From a virus, in the IMG/VR virus record IMGVR_UViG_3300045391_000819, positions 32,001-96,000 of that record: DNA of 64,000 nt. The stretch is one strand, 5' to 3'. Of this stretch, positions 18,579 through 28,031 are shown one piece after another (within the stretch, counting starts at the first letter, position 1; every line of letters begins with the position of its first letter). A program made the position numbers and the translations under genes. The notes under the pieces are model-generated. The model did not search any database, was not told the origin of the DNA, and saw nothing but the letters and a program-made list of their open reading frames with translations.

Positions 18579-19035
18579 AGAAGGAATTTGTAATGAGTGT
18601 GGAGAGACAAAGTTAATAGTTCAGAAGTCTTTAGGACTCTGTACTAGATGCAACCAAAGAAGGCTAACAAAACGTTATAATGAGAATAGAAAGAAAAAAC
18701 AAGAACCGGAGTATGAAGCAAAGCTCAATAAGTTCTACAGAGACGTTTGGGATAATAATACTCCTGTATGTTATGAATCTGGTTCTCCATTATTCCGCTA
18801 TCATAAATGGCACGTACACCATATTCTTGATAAACAGCATTATCCGAATCATATTTTTAATCATGATGTCTGTGTACTGCTTTCGCTTGAAAAACATAGT
18901 TTGTGGCACACCTTAGCTCCTTCTGATAGAAAAACACAGATGCCTAAGACTTATCAACGTTATTTAGAATTATTAAAAAAATATGACAGAAACAAATACA
19001 ACGCAGAAATCAACTCAGGAATCGACTCCTACTGA
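18562..19035 (+). CDS. zinc-finger/HNH-type nuclease (NinG-like)
   Basis: CNEC...CTRC, then CYESG...HVHHIL...HSLWH. Confidence 0.55.
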   Translation: MKIKYKEGICNECGETKLIVQKSLGLCTRCNQRRLTKRYNENRKKKQEPEYEAKLNKFYRDVWDNNTPVCYESGSPLFRYHKWHVHHILDKQHYPNHIFNHDVCVLLSLEKHSLWHTLAPSDRKTQMPKTYQRYLELLKKYDRNKYNAEINSGIDSY

Positions 19036-19348
19036 TCTTATAAACATGTATGAGCAGTTTGTAAAGGATATGAAGGTGTTTCCAGAGAAACATGCTATCG
19101 TTTATCCTGCTCTTGGCCTTACTGGAGAAGCTGGAGAAGTTGCTGAAAAAGTTAAAAAATGGTTAAGAGGAGATAAAAAATTAGATAGAGAAGCGGTTCT
19201 TAAAGAACTAGGTGATGTTCAATGGTATAATGTAGCACTTGCACTTGATTTAGGTTATACCTTTGAAGATATATTAGTTTATAATATGGCGAAACTTCGT
19301 TCACGTCAAGAACGTGGAGTGCAAAAAGGAGATGGTGATGAAAGATAA
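18983..19348 (+). CDS. MazG-like NTP pyrophosphohydrolase
   Basis: YPALGLTGEAGEVAEKVKK...KELGDVQWY...NMAKLRSRQERG. Confidence 0.85.
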   Translation: MTETNTTQKSTQESTPTDLINMYEQFVKDMKVFPEKHAIVYPALGLTGEAGEVAEKVKKWLRGDKKLDREAVLKELGDVQWYNVALALDLGYTFEDILVYNMAKLRSRQERGVQKGDGDER

Positions 19349-19781
19349 TCCAAGAATGCCAAAGAAAATAGCTGATCTTCTTAAAGAAGAAAAGACATCT
19401 AAATCATTAGAACCAATTAAAATCAATTCACTCCATGCTGCAATAGGAAATTTCTTCTCTAAAAAGTTAGAAGAGAGTGAAGAAGATAAAGAGGAATATA
19501 TAGAAAGATTTACCAGCGATCCTAGAAGTGATGAAGAAGTTGAAGAACTTACTACTAATCCAAATAGTCCTTATCATAAACTGATTAAGGGTTATATATA
19601 TCATATTGATGTAGCTATGTGGATAACAACAGGGTGTGGAGGAGCACAGTTTATGTATAAGTCTATGCTTAGAGAAGGAATGGATGAATCTATGATTGAA
19701 CAAGTTATATACGTAACCCTTAACGAAGAGGATAAAGAAAGTTATCCTTTAGCAGCTTTAAAATTAAAGAATGAAGAATAA
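19338..19781 (+). CDS. hypothetical acidic protein
   Basis: ORF; probable start MKDNPR at 19338. Confidence 0.55.
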   Translation: MKDNPRMPKKIADLLKEEKTSKSLEPIKINSLHAAIGNFFSKKLEESEEDKEEYIERFTSDPRSDEEVEELTTNPNSPYHKLIKGYIYHIDVAMWITTGCGGAQFMYKSMLREGMDESMIEQVIYVTLNEEDKESYPLAALKLKNEE

Positions 19782-20469
19782 GGTAGAACTTATAGGATGG
19801 TACGGTGGAGATGTAGCTATAGCTTGCTCCGCTTGGTCTTCCACTTCACGAGAATTGACAGATGAGAAAAGAGGTAGAATAGGGAAAATGCTTAACGATC
19901 TTTGGAAAGCTGAGCCTGTTCCTCATGGTTCTCCCTTTGAGAAAGGCATAGTTCATTTTCTTGTAGATACTGATATAGCTTCTCATATTCATTTGTTAAA
20001 GCATCGTATAAGCTCTTTAAATGCAGAATCAGCTAGGTATAAAGAACTTAAAGAAGATAAGTATTACTTGCCTGAAGATTGGAAAAACATTCCTAATTCA
20101 GAAACAGTTTCGGCCTTTTGTGGATATGATTATGAATGGATAAAACCAAAAGAATCAAATTGGGCATCCATACTAGAAAAATATGTTGAAATAGGTAATG
20201 AGTTATATCATCAATCTCTTAGAGAATTAACTCCTATTCTTGGACGTAAAAGAGCTAAAGAGTCTGCCCGTTTTTTTAAAACCTATAACAGTCAGATTCA
20301 AGCAGATGTAATGTTTAATATGAGAAGTTTTAATAATTTCTTAACTCAAAGATTAGATAGCCATGCTCAAGTTGAAATTAGAGAGATTGCTCAAAACATG
20401 CTTATCGAAGTTGCGAATATTGATGGACATCCTTTTCAACATACGTTAAAAGCTTGGGGATATGGCTAA
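19771..20469 (+). CDS. thyX: flavin-dependent thymidylate synthase
   Basis: HGSPFE, ThyX signature variant KHRISSLNAESARY, NMRSF..F...R...HAQVEIR. Confidence 0.9.
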   Translation: MKNKVELIGWYGGDVAIACSAWSSTSRELTDEKRGRIGKMLNDLWKAEPVPHGSPFEKGIVHFLVDTDIASHIHLLKHRISSLNAESARYKELKEDKYYLPEDWKNIPNSETVSAFCGYDYEWIKPKESNWASILEKYVEIGNELYHQSLRELTPILGRKRAKESARFFKTYNSQIQADVMFNMRSFNNFLTQRLDSHAQVEIREIAQNMLIEVANIDGHPFQHTLKAWGYG

Positions 20470-21007
20470 AACAATTAAATCCGAATATGATCTTTTTGAG
20501 CATCAGCCCACTTCCTGCCGACAACCATTACCCTATAAGGAAATCGAGGCTGATGCTTACATTAAACGTTTAGTAGGATTTGACCCTAATGAAGTTTATG
20601 AAAAGGTGAGATATGCAGTTAATCCGTATAACCGTTATAATTGGCAGAATATAACATTCGCTACTCTGTTCCCTAAACGTACAGATGGTCTATGTCCTTG
20701 TGGATGCGGACAACCTGTAAAAGTAGGACAGCTTTGGGCATCTAAAGATTGTCAGATGTTTGTTATAGCTGTCTGGAATATAATAGGTTATAGAGAACAA
20801 TTTATAAGCTTTGTGTACGAGAAGTATTTTGGCAACGACAAGTGTATGATCTGCCACGAACACAAATGGAAGGATTGTGACCATATAGTGCCTATAGATA
20901 AAGGTGGTGGTGGAGCATGGTTATCAAACTATCAGATGTTATGTGAAGAATGCCACAAGGAAAAGACAAGACAAGATTTTAACTGGACTAAACTTAAATC
21001 AAAATAA
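20462..21007 (+). CDS. HNH endonuclease
   Basis: CPCGC, CMIC...DHIVPIDKGG...NYQMLCEECH. Confidence 0.85.
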   Translation: MAKTIKSEYDLFEHQPTSCRQPLPYKEIEADAYIKRLVGFDPNEVYEKVRYAVNPYNRYNWQNITFATLFPKRTDGLCPCGCGQPVKVGQLWASKDCQMFVIAVWNIIGYREQFISFVYEKYFGNDKCMICHEHKWKDCDHIVPIDKGGGGAWLSNYQMLCEECHKEKTRQDFNWTKLKSK

Positions 21008-21008
21008 T

Positions 21009-21389
21009 ATGAATTTTACACCTTTAGGAAATAGATTGCTGACAGAACGTGTTGACCTTGAACAGATTTCAGCAGGAGGACTTATATTAGGAACTCTTGA
21101 TGAAGATATGCAGAATGATACTTGCTTTGCCAAAGTTATCGAAGTTGGTAATGGAAAATACTATCCTGACACAGGATGGATTGCTCCTACCTCAAAACCC
21201 GGCGATATAGTCGTTTACAAGGTCAACGCTGGCCTCAAATTTAAACATGGTCAATATCTGTATGAATTAATTGACGAGTCTAATGTGCTTATGATTGTGT
21301 CTGGTAGCGATGTAATTCCAGTAGCCGTAGGTACGTATGAGAAGTCCAAATCTGATATTTTGGGTAAAGGAGTCCAATTTTTAGGATAA
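21009..21389 (+). CDS. groES: GroES-like co-chaperonin (126 aa)
   Basis: MNFTPLGNRLL...SAGGLIL...KVIEVGNG...GDIVVY...G; true start 21009, not 20904. Confidence 0.85.
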   Translation: MNFTPLGNRLLTERVDLEQISAGGLILGTLDEDMQNDTCFAKVIEVGNGKYYPDTGWIAPTSKPGDIVVYKVNAGLKFKHGQYLYELIDESNVLMIVSGSDVIPVAVGTYEKSKSDILGKGVQFLG

Positions 21390-21487
21390 TGAAAATAAGT
21401 AAGAGTTTTAAAGAAGATTTGATTATTGTTCTAATAATGATAGGATGTTTTGTAGGAGGAGCATTTCTTGCATCCTTATTTTATAAG
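21389..21487 (+). CDS. 32-aa single-TM peptide (not in ORF track)
   Basis: MKISKSFKEDLIIVLIMIGCFVGGAFLASLFL*; TAATG overlap with the groES stop. Confidence 0.55.
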
Positions 21488-21498
21488 TGGTTTTTCTC

Positions 21499-21636
21499 AT
21501 GAAAAAGTTCTTTTTAGACAGATGGATTGAAGAAGGCCAATACTGGAAATTCGCCATCGCAATATTTATAATGTTGATACTCATTGAAGTAGGAGGCTCT
21601 ATATTACAAAAATTATGGATATTATTCCATTTATAA
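21499..21636 (+). CDS. 45-aa membrane peptide (not in ORF track)
   Basis: MKKFFLDRWIEEGQYWKFAIAIFIMLILIEVGGSILQKLWILFHL*. Confidence 0.5.
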   Translation: MKKFFLDRWIEEGQYWKFAIAIFIMLILIEVGGSILQKLWILFHL

Positions 21637-22619
21637 GAAGTAAGAATGCTTGTGATTATCACAGACTTATTCTTCCGCTAGAGAACTTAGGTATACCAAC
21701 AAGATTGAAACCGGGAACTCTACCAGACGGATTTAAGGATTGTAAAGTGTTGATATTTAATAGATATTGTCCTTTTGACATAGGGCAAATTCTTAAGTTT
21801 AAATTCAAACACGGCTTTACAATCATCTGTGATCTTGATGACTATTGGAAACTATATCCCGGTCATGTGGCGGAGAAAGTGTGGGATAAGTATAACACTA
21901 CCCAAAAGATGATGGAGGGCATATTAAATTCTGATATGGTCTGGACTACGACCAAGCGACTGGCAGACCAAGTCCTACCATATAACAAGAATGTAGAAGT
22001 TATTCCTAACGCACTGCCCTTTGATGAAGGGCAATTTAATTCGTATAAAGAGGAGTCTGATGTGGTTAGAGTTCTGTATGCTGGTGGTACGTCCCACATG
22101 AGGGATTTATTGAGTATCAAGTATTTATTTGAAAAAATATCTCATCTTGATTTTCAAATGGTTTTATGTGGGTACGATGAGAATCGCCCTGAATTTTGGG
22201 ATAAAATGGTGAGGATAATAACAGGCAATGGAAAGATTAAGAATCTTGTTAAGAAAGGATTTCTGCCACTAGAGAGTTACATAGATCATTATAATCATTG
22301 TGATATAGGGATTGCTCCTCTTGAATTTAACTTCTTTAATGGTCATAAGAGTAATCTTAAACTACTTGAAGTAGGCTGTAAGTATTCTCCAATTGTAACA
22401 TCCGATGTTCCGCCATATAGTGATGAGAAAGAGCCAATGTTGATGGCAAAGTCGGTCGCAGAGTGGTACATACTTTTATACAGGCTTATAACTGATAAAG
22501 TATACAGACAGGAGCAAGGTCAGCGATTAGGAGAATATGTCAGGGAAAATTATAATTTGAATAAAGTAAATAATATTAGGAAACAAATATTTAATCATTT
22601 AGGATGCGCAGATTTGTAA
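21615..22619 (+). CDS. GT-B fold glycosyltransferase (GT4-like)
   Basis: DLDDY, WTTTKRLA, VIPNALP, DIGIAPL...KSNLKLLE, SDVPPY. Confidence 0.8.
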   Translation: MDIIPFIRSKNACDYHRLILPLENLGIPTRLKPGTLPDGFKDCKVLIFNRYCPFDIGQILKFKFKHGFTIICDLDDYWKLYPGHVAEKVWDKYNTTQKMMEGILNSDMVWTTTKRLADQVLPYNKNVEVIPNALPFDEGQFNSYKEESDVVRVLYAGGTSHMRDLLSIKYLFEKISHLDFQMVLCGYDENRPEFWDKMVRIITGNGKIKNLVKKGFLPLESYIDHYNHCDIGIAPLEFNFFNGHKSNLKLLEVGCKYSPIVTSDVPPYSDEKEPMLMAKSVAEWYILLYRLITDKVYRQEQGQRLGEYVRENYNLNKVNNIRKQIFNHLGCADL

Positions 22620-23374
22620 TTGGAGATATACACGGAAATTATAAGGCACTTAAACAGGTACTAGAGAAGTGTGGAATTGATAAGGAGAATGATCTACTTA
22701 TTACTCTTGGTGATATTACAGATGGATTTTATCAGGTATATGAATGTGTCGAAGAATTGCTCACGTTTAAAAATAGAATTGACATACGTGGAAATCACGA
22801 TGATTGGTTTATAACATGGTTAAATACAGGAGTACATCCTGATGGGTGGCAACAAGGTGGATATGCTACAGCTATAAGCTATGCAGGTCATGTTGATTAC
22901 AGAAAAGTTGAAGCTGGAAGAGACGGATTAGGCTTTAAAACAAATCTAACCTATCTGGATATTCCAGAAACTCATAGAGATTTCTTTCATGGACAACACC
23001 TATTCTATAAAGATGATGACAATAATGTGTTTGTTCATGGTGGATTCTATAGATTTAAACCATTAAAAGGTCAAGGAAAAAGTGTATATCTTTGGGATAG
23101 AGATTTAACTGAAGATGCTCTTCATTGTCGTAAAGGAGAAGAGTTTAAGTATGTAGAAGAGGTTAATGAAGTATTTATAGGGCATACTCCTTGTCCTTAT
23201 TTTAAAAAGGAATGGGATACTGATCCTATACATGCACAAAATGTTTGGAACCTAGATACAGGTGGGGGAGGACGTCGTGGAAGGCTGACAATCATGCAGC
23301 TAGATAATCATGAATTCTGGCAGAGTGACGTTGGAGGAGAGTTATATCCTGACGGAGGTGGTAGGAATTTCTAA
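22604..23374 (+). CDS. PPP-type metallophosphoesterase (lambda phosphatase-like)
   Basis: GDIHG, GDITDG, RGNHD, FVHGG, GHT, LDTG. Confidence 0.85.
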   Translation: MRRFVIGDIHGNYKALKQVLEKCGIDKENDLLITLGDITDGFYQVYECVEELLTFKNRIDIRGNHDDWFITWLNTGVHPDGWQQGGYATAISYAGHVDYRKVEAGRDGLGFKTNLTYLDIPETHRDFFHGQHLFYKDDDNNVFVHGGFYRFKPLKGQGKSVYLWDRDLTEDALHCRKGEEFKYVEEVNEVFIGHTPCPYFKKEWDTDPIHAQNVWNLDTGGGGRRGRLTIMQLDNHEFWQSDVGGELYPDGGGRNF

Positions 23375-23424
23375 ATGGTACGGTATTTGACCTACAATAG
23401 GAAACCATACTAAATCAACATAAT

Positions 23425-23457
23425 AAAAGGGCTAAGATTTATTTCTTGCCCTTTTTT
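23425..23457. terminator. probable bidirectional terminator at the strand switch
   Basis: AAAAGGGC...GCCCTTTT(TT) inverted repeat with A and T tails between convergent gene blocks. Confidence 0.6.
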
Positions 23458-23663
23458 ATTTCTACTACTTTAGCCGCAGGTTCTTCTGAAGATTCCGTTA
23501 TAGAAGCTGCTTGTTTTGCAGCAGATTCCTGCTTCAATCTTAAACTGATCTCTTGATTTACAGCGTCTAGCATATTTGAATACTGCTGTATAATAGTCTG
23601 TAAATCCCAAGCAAATGCTTTACAGGCTTCAAGAGTCATTGTCTTTAAATTAACTTGATTCAT
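23439..23663 (-). CDS. small coiled-coil protein (74 aa)
   Basis: ORF; heptad-like; last gene of the minus block. Confidence 0.65.
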   Translation of the reverse strand: MNQVNLKTMTLEACKAFAWDLQTIIQQYSNMLDAVNQEISLRLKQESAAKQAASITESSEEPAAKVVEIKKGKK

Positions 23664-24109
23664 ATGTTATCTATTATTTGTTGAGGTAATACAAAAGCAT
23701 CTTGTTCATAATTGCATGAGTCCCAAAGACCAAACTGATCCGGCCTCAAGTACTTAACATCCTTCAATAAGTTCTTATTCTGTTTATATCCAAATATTTT
23801 AGGGTCTGATTTGGAGAATATAACTATTCCGCTTTTCAGATTATAATGATTGCAGAAATGAGGAAAGAAATTATCTACAGATATAAAGGTATCCATATCA
23901 CTAGCAAAGTCTTTAAGCTTTGAAAGCGGCATATCAAACGACGTCTTTTCAGCGAGCTTCTCCTCACCACTCCTACCTATCTGCCAAACCTCATGACCTT
24001 TATTAGCTAATAAGCTTATAACCTCCTGCCAGTACTGGACTGGATAGTTCTTTGGGTTTGGTTTCCCCGACATGGTTTTGTTGCTGAAAGGTGAAATTAT
24101 AATTTTCAT
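23660..24109 (-). CDS. GT9 (heptosyltransferase-like) C-terminal half
   Basis: IIISPFS...KNYPVQYWQEVI...ISVDNFFPH. Confidence 0.7.
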   Translation of the reverse strand: MKIIISPFSNKTMSGKPNPKNYPVQYWQEVISLLANKGHEVWQIGRSGEEKLAEKTSFDMPLSKLKDFASDMDTFISVDNFFPHFCNHYNLKSGIVIFSKSDPKIFGYKQNKNLLKDVKYLRPDQFGLWDSCNYEQDAFVLPQQIIDNI

Positions 24110-25136
24110 TATCTGTTATATAAAAAGCTCTAAAAGCTTCGGTTAACGATTTATCCCAGTTTCTATCTCCCATAAATTTATAGATATTGTAATTCTCTAT
24201 ATTTCCATAGATCATTTTAGCCTCTGCAATAGAGATCAATTTAAGACCTTTTTCGTCCCAAAAGACTTCTGGAAAGCAGGCAGCTATTAACATATCCTTA
24301 TACTTTTTCCTTAACTCAGGAAGTATATTCTTAAAAGCATAGTGATCTCCAATACCGTTATCAAGGATGAACATCTTTGTGGTATTGACTATATCCCATT
24401 GATTTAAAAGGTTTTGGAAGTGTTTCTCATCCCATTCCCAAAACGAAGGATTAGGATTAGCCCTAATTCCGCCTTTCTCTTCCCTGAAATGCCAGACCTT
24501 AGCATCCATATTGACCATCAGATTATATCCAGCCCTCTTAATTGAGTGCGTAAAGATACTTTCCTCCCTGTGGGCTGCTGGTGATAAGGATAGGTCGTAA
24601 GACATAATCCCTCGCTTGTATAGAAAGCAAGAGTACAGATGGTCAGCATCATAAGTCCCTGTCCCTTTAAACCATTGCATGTTAGGGGCAGACATAATAC
24701 TGGTCATTCTGTTCCTTAAACCTAGAGGAAGTTCAGCAGGATTGGACATTGTCACGGCAGGAGCCACAGCACCTATCTTAGAATCCTTTTTAAAGGTCTC
24801 TACGAGCAATCTAAGACAGTTTGGAGCTGCAACCTCGTCATCATCTATCCTAAAAATAAGGTCTGTATTAGCGTTCTCTTGCACGTACTGATGAGAAAAA
24901 TGCTGACCCTTTTTAAGACCGAATCTATAGTCCCAATCTATACCCTTCTCCAGAAGGAGGTCAAGGATATACCTATAATGAGATATACCCCTGACGTCTA
25001 CTGGATTATCTGAATCATCTACTATTATTACTTTCTTAGGTTTATACGTTTGTAAAGCAATGGATAGCAGAGTTTTATCTAAACACTCGTACCTATTCTT
25101 GGTGGGAATCCCCACCGTTATATCATATTGACTCAT
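24003..25136 (-). CDS. GT2 glycosyltransferase fused to a GT9-like N-terminal domain
   Basis: VGIPTKNR, IIVDDS, RIDDDE (DxD); C-terminal ILDNGIGDH...LRKKY. Confidence 0.8.
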   Translation of the reverse strand: MSQYDITVGIPTKNRYECLDKTLLSIALQTYKPKKVIIVDDSDNPVDVRGISHYRYILDLLLEKGIDWDYRFGLKKGQHFSHQYVQENANTDLIFRIDDDEVAAPNCLRLLVETFKKDSKIGAVAPAVTMSNPAELPLGLRNRMTSIMSAPNMQWFKGTGTYDADHLYSCFLYKRGIMSYDLSLSPAAHREESIFTHSIKRAGYNLMVNMDAKVWHFREEKGGIRANPNPSFWEWDEKHFQNLLNQWDIVNTTKMFILDNGIGDHYAFKNILPELRKKYKDMLIAACFPEVFWDEKGLKLISIAEAKMIYGNIENYNIYKFMGDRNWDKSLTEAFRAFYITDNENYNFTFQQQNHVGETKPKELSSPVLAGGYKLIS

Positions 25137-25827
25137 TCGGGTCTATTACGTTGTTATTGCCACTAGCATCAGCTATATTCTGTTGTTTTTCAGCTTCTTC
25201 AAACAAAGTATCAACAACACCTGATGATAAAGGTATTGTGGTAGAAGCATATGCTGTCATGAGGAAGTTAGCAAATCCAGAATATCCAGAATATCCACTT
25301 GCTCCACTATAACCTGAGTAACCACTTTTACCCATCATTTTAGCATAACTTGTCTTGTCTCCAGCACTAAATCCTCTATATTGGTCTTTCAACCCTACAG
25401 ATGTGGCATCTTTTTCAGTTGTTCCTGTAAATAAAATTGCCCATCCTGCTTTCTTTTTCTTAGCAATTAATTTCTTAATATCATTGTTATCATACACCTT
25501 GCTATCATTTTCTTCACCGTCTGTTATAATAGTAACAAAAACTTTCTTTTCCTTTTTAGGAACTAAATCAAAAGCATAACCGATAGCATCATATAAGGCT
25601 GTGGCTGCTCTAGGTTTATACGCTCCTGCTAATTCTTCTTTAAGTTCAGATACGTCATTTGTATTGACAAGTGTTCTAATGTCATTACTGCCTGAAAAAT
25701 CTACAACAATATTATGTTGTGCTTTTGTTTCACGCATTGTTATAAACAGCTGGACAAGCGAGCCTATAACTTCATCTTTCATGGAGTTCATACTCCCTGA
25801 AGCATCTAAAATAACTAAATTTGTCAT
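25123..25827 (-). CDS. von Willebrand factor A domain protein with an SGY repeat insert
   Basis: MIDAS DASGS, TALYDA, ITDGEEN; insert SGYSGYSGASGYSGYSGF. Confidence 0.85.
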   Translation of the reverse strand: MTNLVILDASGSMNSMKDEVIGSLVQLFITMRETKAQHNIVVDFSGSNDIRTLVNTNDVSELKEELAGAYKPRAATALYDAIGYAFDLVPKKEKKVFVTIITDGEENDSKVYDNNDIKKLIAKKKKAGWAILFTGTTEKDATSVGLKDQYRGFSAGDKTSYAKMMGKSGYSGYSGASGYSGYSGFANFLMTAYASTTIPLSSGVVDTLFEEAEKQQNIADASGNNNVIDPNESI

Positions 25828-25839
25828 TATTGTTTGGTT

Positions 25840-28017
25840 TTAATTTGATACTACTTCCATTGGCTGTACTAAGCCATTTAATACATATTTGTTTAAGTTT
25901 GCTAATACATACTGAGGATAGGTTTCATCTACTTCTACAAAATGATATTGTAAAGGACGACCATATAAATCCTTTCCTTCATTCACAACCTTCTCAATCC
26001 TACTTAAATCTTTCATTTCTTCTGTATTGTATTCCTGATGGGCTGTGGCTTCAATCTTATTTTTGATACCATTAATATCAGCAAGATAACTAAAATGCCA
26101 TCCACCATTCTTAAGTAGGGAATCTCCTGTTGTAGGCCAGTATCTAATTCCACATGGAGTTTTCTCCTTTACATTCTTGTATGTGGCAATTTTAGCCTCA
26201 TTCCATTTATCAGCAGCCTCACAATTCAACTTGTAATAATAAAGAGTTTGTTGAAACCCCATTATACCTTTTGAATAGTCAAATTCATAAACCTTTGAGG
26301 CTCTTGGGATTTCATCAGCATCGCTGATAATAATCATATCATTATCCTTGCAATCTGTAAGACCTCTCATAATCTGATCTCTCTGGTGACGTTCTATACT
26401 CCAACTATCCCTTGCAGGGAATTCATCTTCACTAACTACTATATGAGTTACCTTGTTTAAATACTTTTCATATCTAGCAAGGTTTTCCTGAAAGTAAAGA
26501 GGTTTAGGTTTGTTGCCATGAGTTATAGCAGCTTCAACAATAACGAATCTGTCAACAACATCATACATTTCAGCAAATCTTATGTCAAGGACATCCAGTT
26601 CATTAAAGAACGGGAAACAATCGTATATATTAAGTTTATTCATAACATTTGGTATTCCGCCTGAATTAACTAAAGGTATTGCCTCGTTAGGTTTGATAGC
26701 CCAAATATTTGTATCTTCCTGTTGTATTGTAGGAAGATTAAAGGCTTCATCTACAGCTTGGGTAACTCCTGCCCACATTCCGTCTGTGTAGTTATAGTCA
26801 TGTCCAGAAAGAATTCCGTTTTCAAAAACTACATCCTTCCATAAACCTATATCTTCCTTTACTTCTTCGTAGGTATGTCCAGCATCAATGAAGATTAAAT
26901 CCGCTTTAATACCTTGCTTTTTAAACCAAGCAGAAGCGTTTTTAGAACTCATCCTAACAGGAATTACTTTACCTGATTGAATATGATCTGAAAGATTATC
27001 AGAGAACTCTAGGAAGGCATGATCTCCATCATTCCAAGCTGCTGATTGGTGATTAGTATTACGTTCTACAGCAGAACCAGCCCAATGATCTACACAAAAA
27101 AGTCTTCCGTTATCTGGAAGATTATCTGCTAAAGCTCTTGAGCTTCTACCATGCCAGCTACCTATTTCTATAACAGTTTTAGCTTTAGCTGCTTGTTCAG
27201 CTAACCAAAGCAGTTCAGCCTCACTCATAAAACCGTCACAAGCTCTAGCCTTTGCTATTTTTGGATTATTAATTATTTCATCCCTAGTAAGCTCACCTAA
27301 TTTTGGCTCTCCTCTATATCTCTCTTCTAATATCTTATTATTCTTGGCAAGAAGTGCTTCACCGCCGGGCCAATTCGCAAATGTCTTATTACCAGCATGA
27401 TATATAGGAAATACACCAGTCCTACGATTAGTATCATAGAACATACGTGATTCATCTGGTACTTGAACTAATTCAAAACCAGCATCTGCCACACGAGCAC
27501 AGAAATCTGTATCTTCTCCATATCCCGGAGAGAATATTTCATCAAGAAGTCCTACCTTTTCAAGTGCTTCCCTAGAAATCATAGATAAAAAGAATAAAAG
27601 AAAATCCCTATCAGCGTGAGGACAATGCTCCTTCATTGGGCCAGTCATACCGACTTTACGGTCTTTCTGTTCAAAAGGAGCTACAAGGATATTAAGCCAG
27701 TCATTGTATTGCTGGTCAAGGAGAATGTTATCGTTATTAAAGGTAATAATATAATCTCCTCTTGAGATTTTAATACCTTCATTAGTGGCTCTGGTGAAGC
27801 CTATAGCTTCATCAAACCACAATAAAACGATACCATGAAACTTAGATTGTAAGTCTTTAATGTAATCTTTAGTACCATCTGTGCAGCCGTTTGCAACAAT
27901 TATTAACTCAGTACTAAAATCATTGAGCGTAGTGTATTTAAGAATAGAATCTACGGCAGGACGTAAACAATCTTCAAAGTGATTGTACGTAGGAATGACA
28001 ATCGAATATTTAGGCAT
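25840..28017 (-). CDS. three-domain protein: GT2 + SAM methyltransferase + GT17 (GnT-III-like)
   Basis: SIVIPTYN, FNNDN, GYGEDTDF; EIGSWHGRS, FIDAGH, GHDY; IYDCFPFFNELD, SDADEIP, GGWHFSY. Confidence 0.85.
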   Translation of the reverse strand: MPKYSIVIPTYNHFEDCLRPAVDSILKYTTLNDFSTELIIVANGCTDGTKDYIKDLQSKFHGIVLLWFDEAIGFTRATNEGIKISRGDYIITFNNDNILLDQQYNDWLNILVAPFEQKDRKVGMTGPMKEHCPHADRDFLLFFLSMISREALEKVGLLDEIFSPGYGEDTDFCARVADAGFELVQVPDESRMFYDTNRRTGVFPIYHAGNKTFANWPGGEALLAKNNKILEERYRGEPKLGELTRDEIINNPKIAKARACDGFMSEAELLWLAEQAAKAKTVIEIGSWHGRSSRALADNLPDNGRLFCVDHWAGSAVERNTNHQSAAWNDGDHAFLEFSDNLSDHIQSGKVIPVRMSSKNASAWFKKQGIKADLIFIDAGHTYEEVKEDIGLWKDVVFENGILSGHDYNYTDGMWAGVTQAVDEAFNLPTIQQEDTNIWAIKPNEAIPLVNSGGIPNVMNKLNIYDCFPFFNELDVLDIRFAEMYDVVDRFVIVEAAITHGNKPKPLYFQENLARYEKYLNKVTHIVVSEDEFPARDSWSIERHQRDQIMRGLTDCKDNDMIIISDADEIPRASKVYEFDYSKGIMGFQQTLYYYKLNCEAADKWNEAKIATYKNVKEKTPCGIRYWPTTGDSLLKNGGWHFSYLADINGIKNKIEATAHQEYNTEEMKDLSRIEKVVNEGKDLYGRPLQYHFVEVDETYPQYVLANLNKYVLNGLVQPMEVVSN

Positions 28018-28031
28018 CTGTTGGTTTTTGA

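Noticed and set aside
12137-19348. 2-aminoadenine (Z-genome) or other base-replacement pathway
   Set aside because: A DUF5664-like domain and MazG are present, but there is no PurZ, hydroxymethylase or 7-deazaguanine gene in the window; it cannot be excluded elsewhere in the genome.
20904-21008. N-terminal extension of GroES from the ORF-track start at 20904
   Set aside because: It overlaps the HNH gene; GroES homology begins at ATG 21009, right after the HNH stop.
850-22120. Many short antisense ORFs within the + strand block (e.g. 850..1113, 1369..1743, 1740..2027, 11211..11519)
   Set aside because: They lie fully opposite well-supported genes and have no motifs, promoters or coupling.
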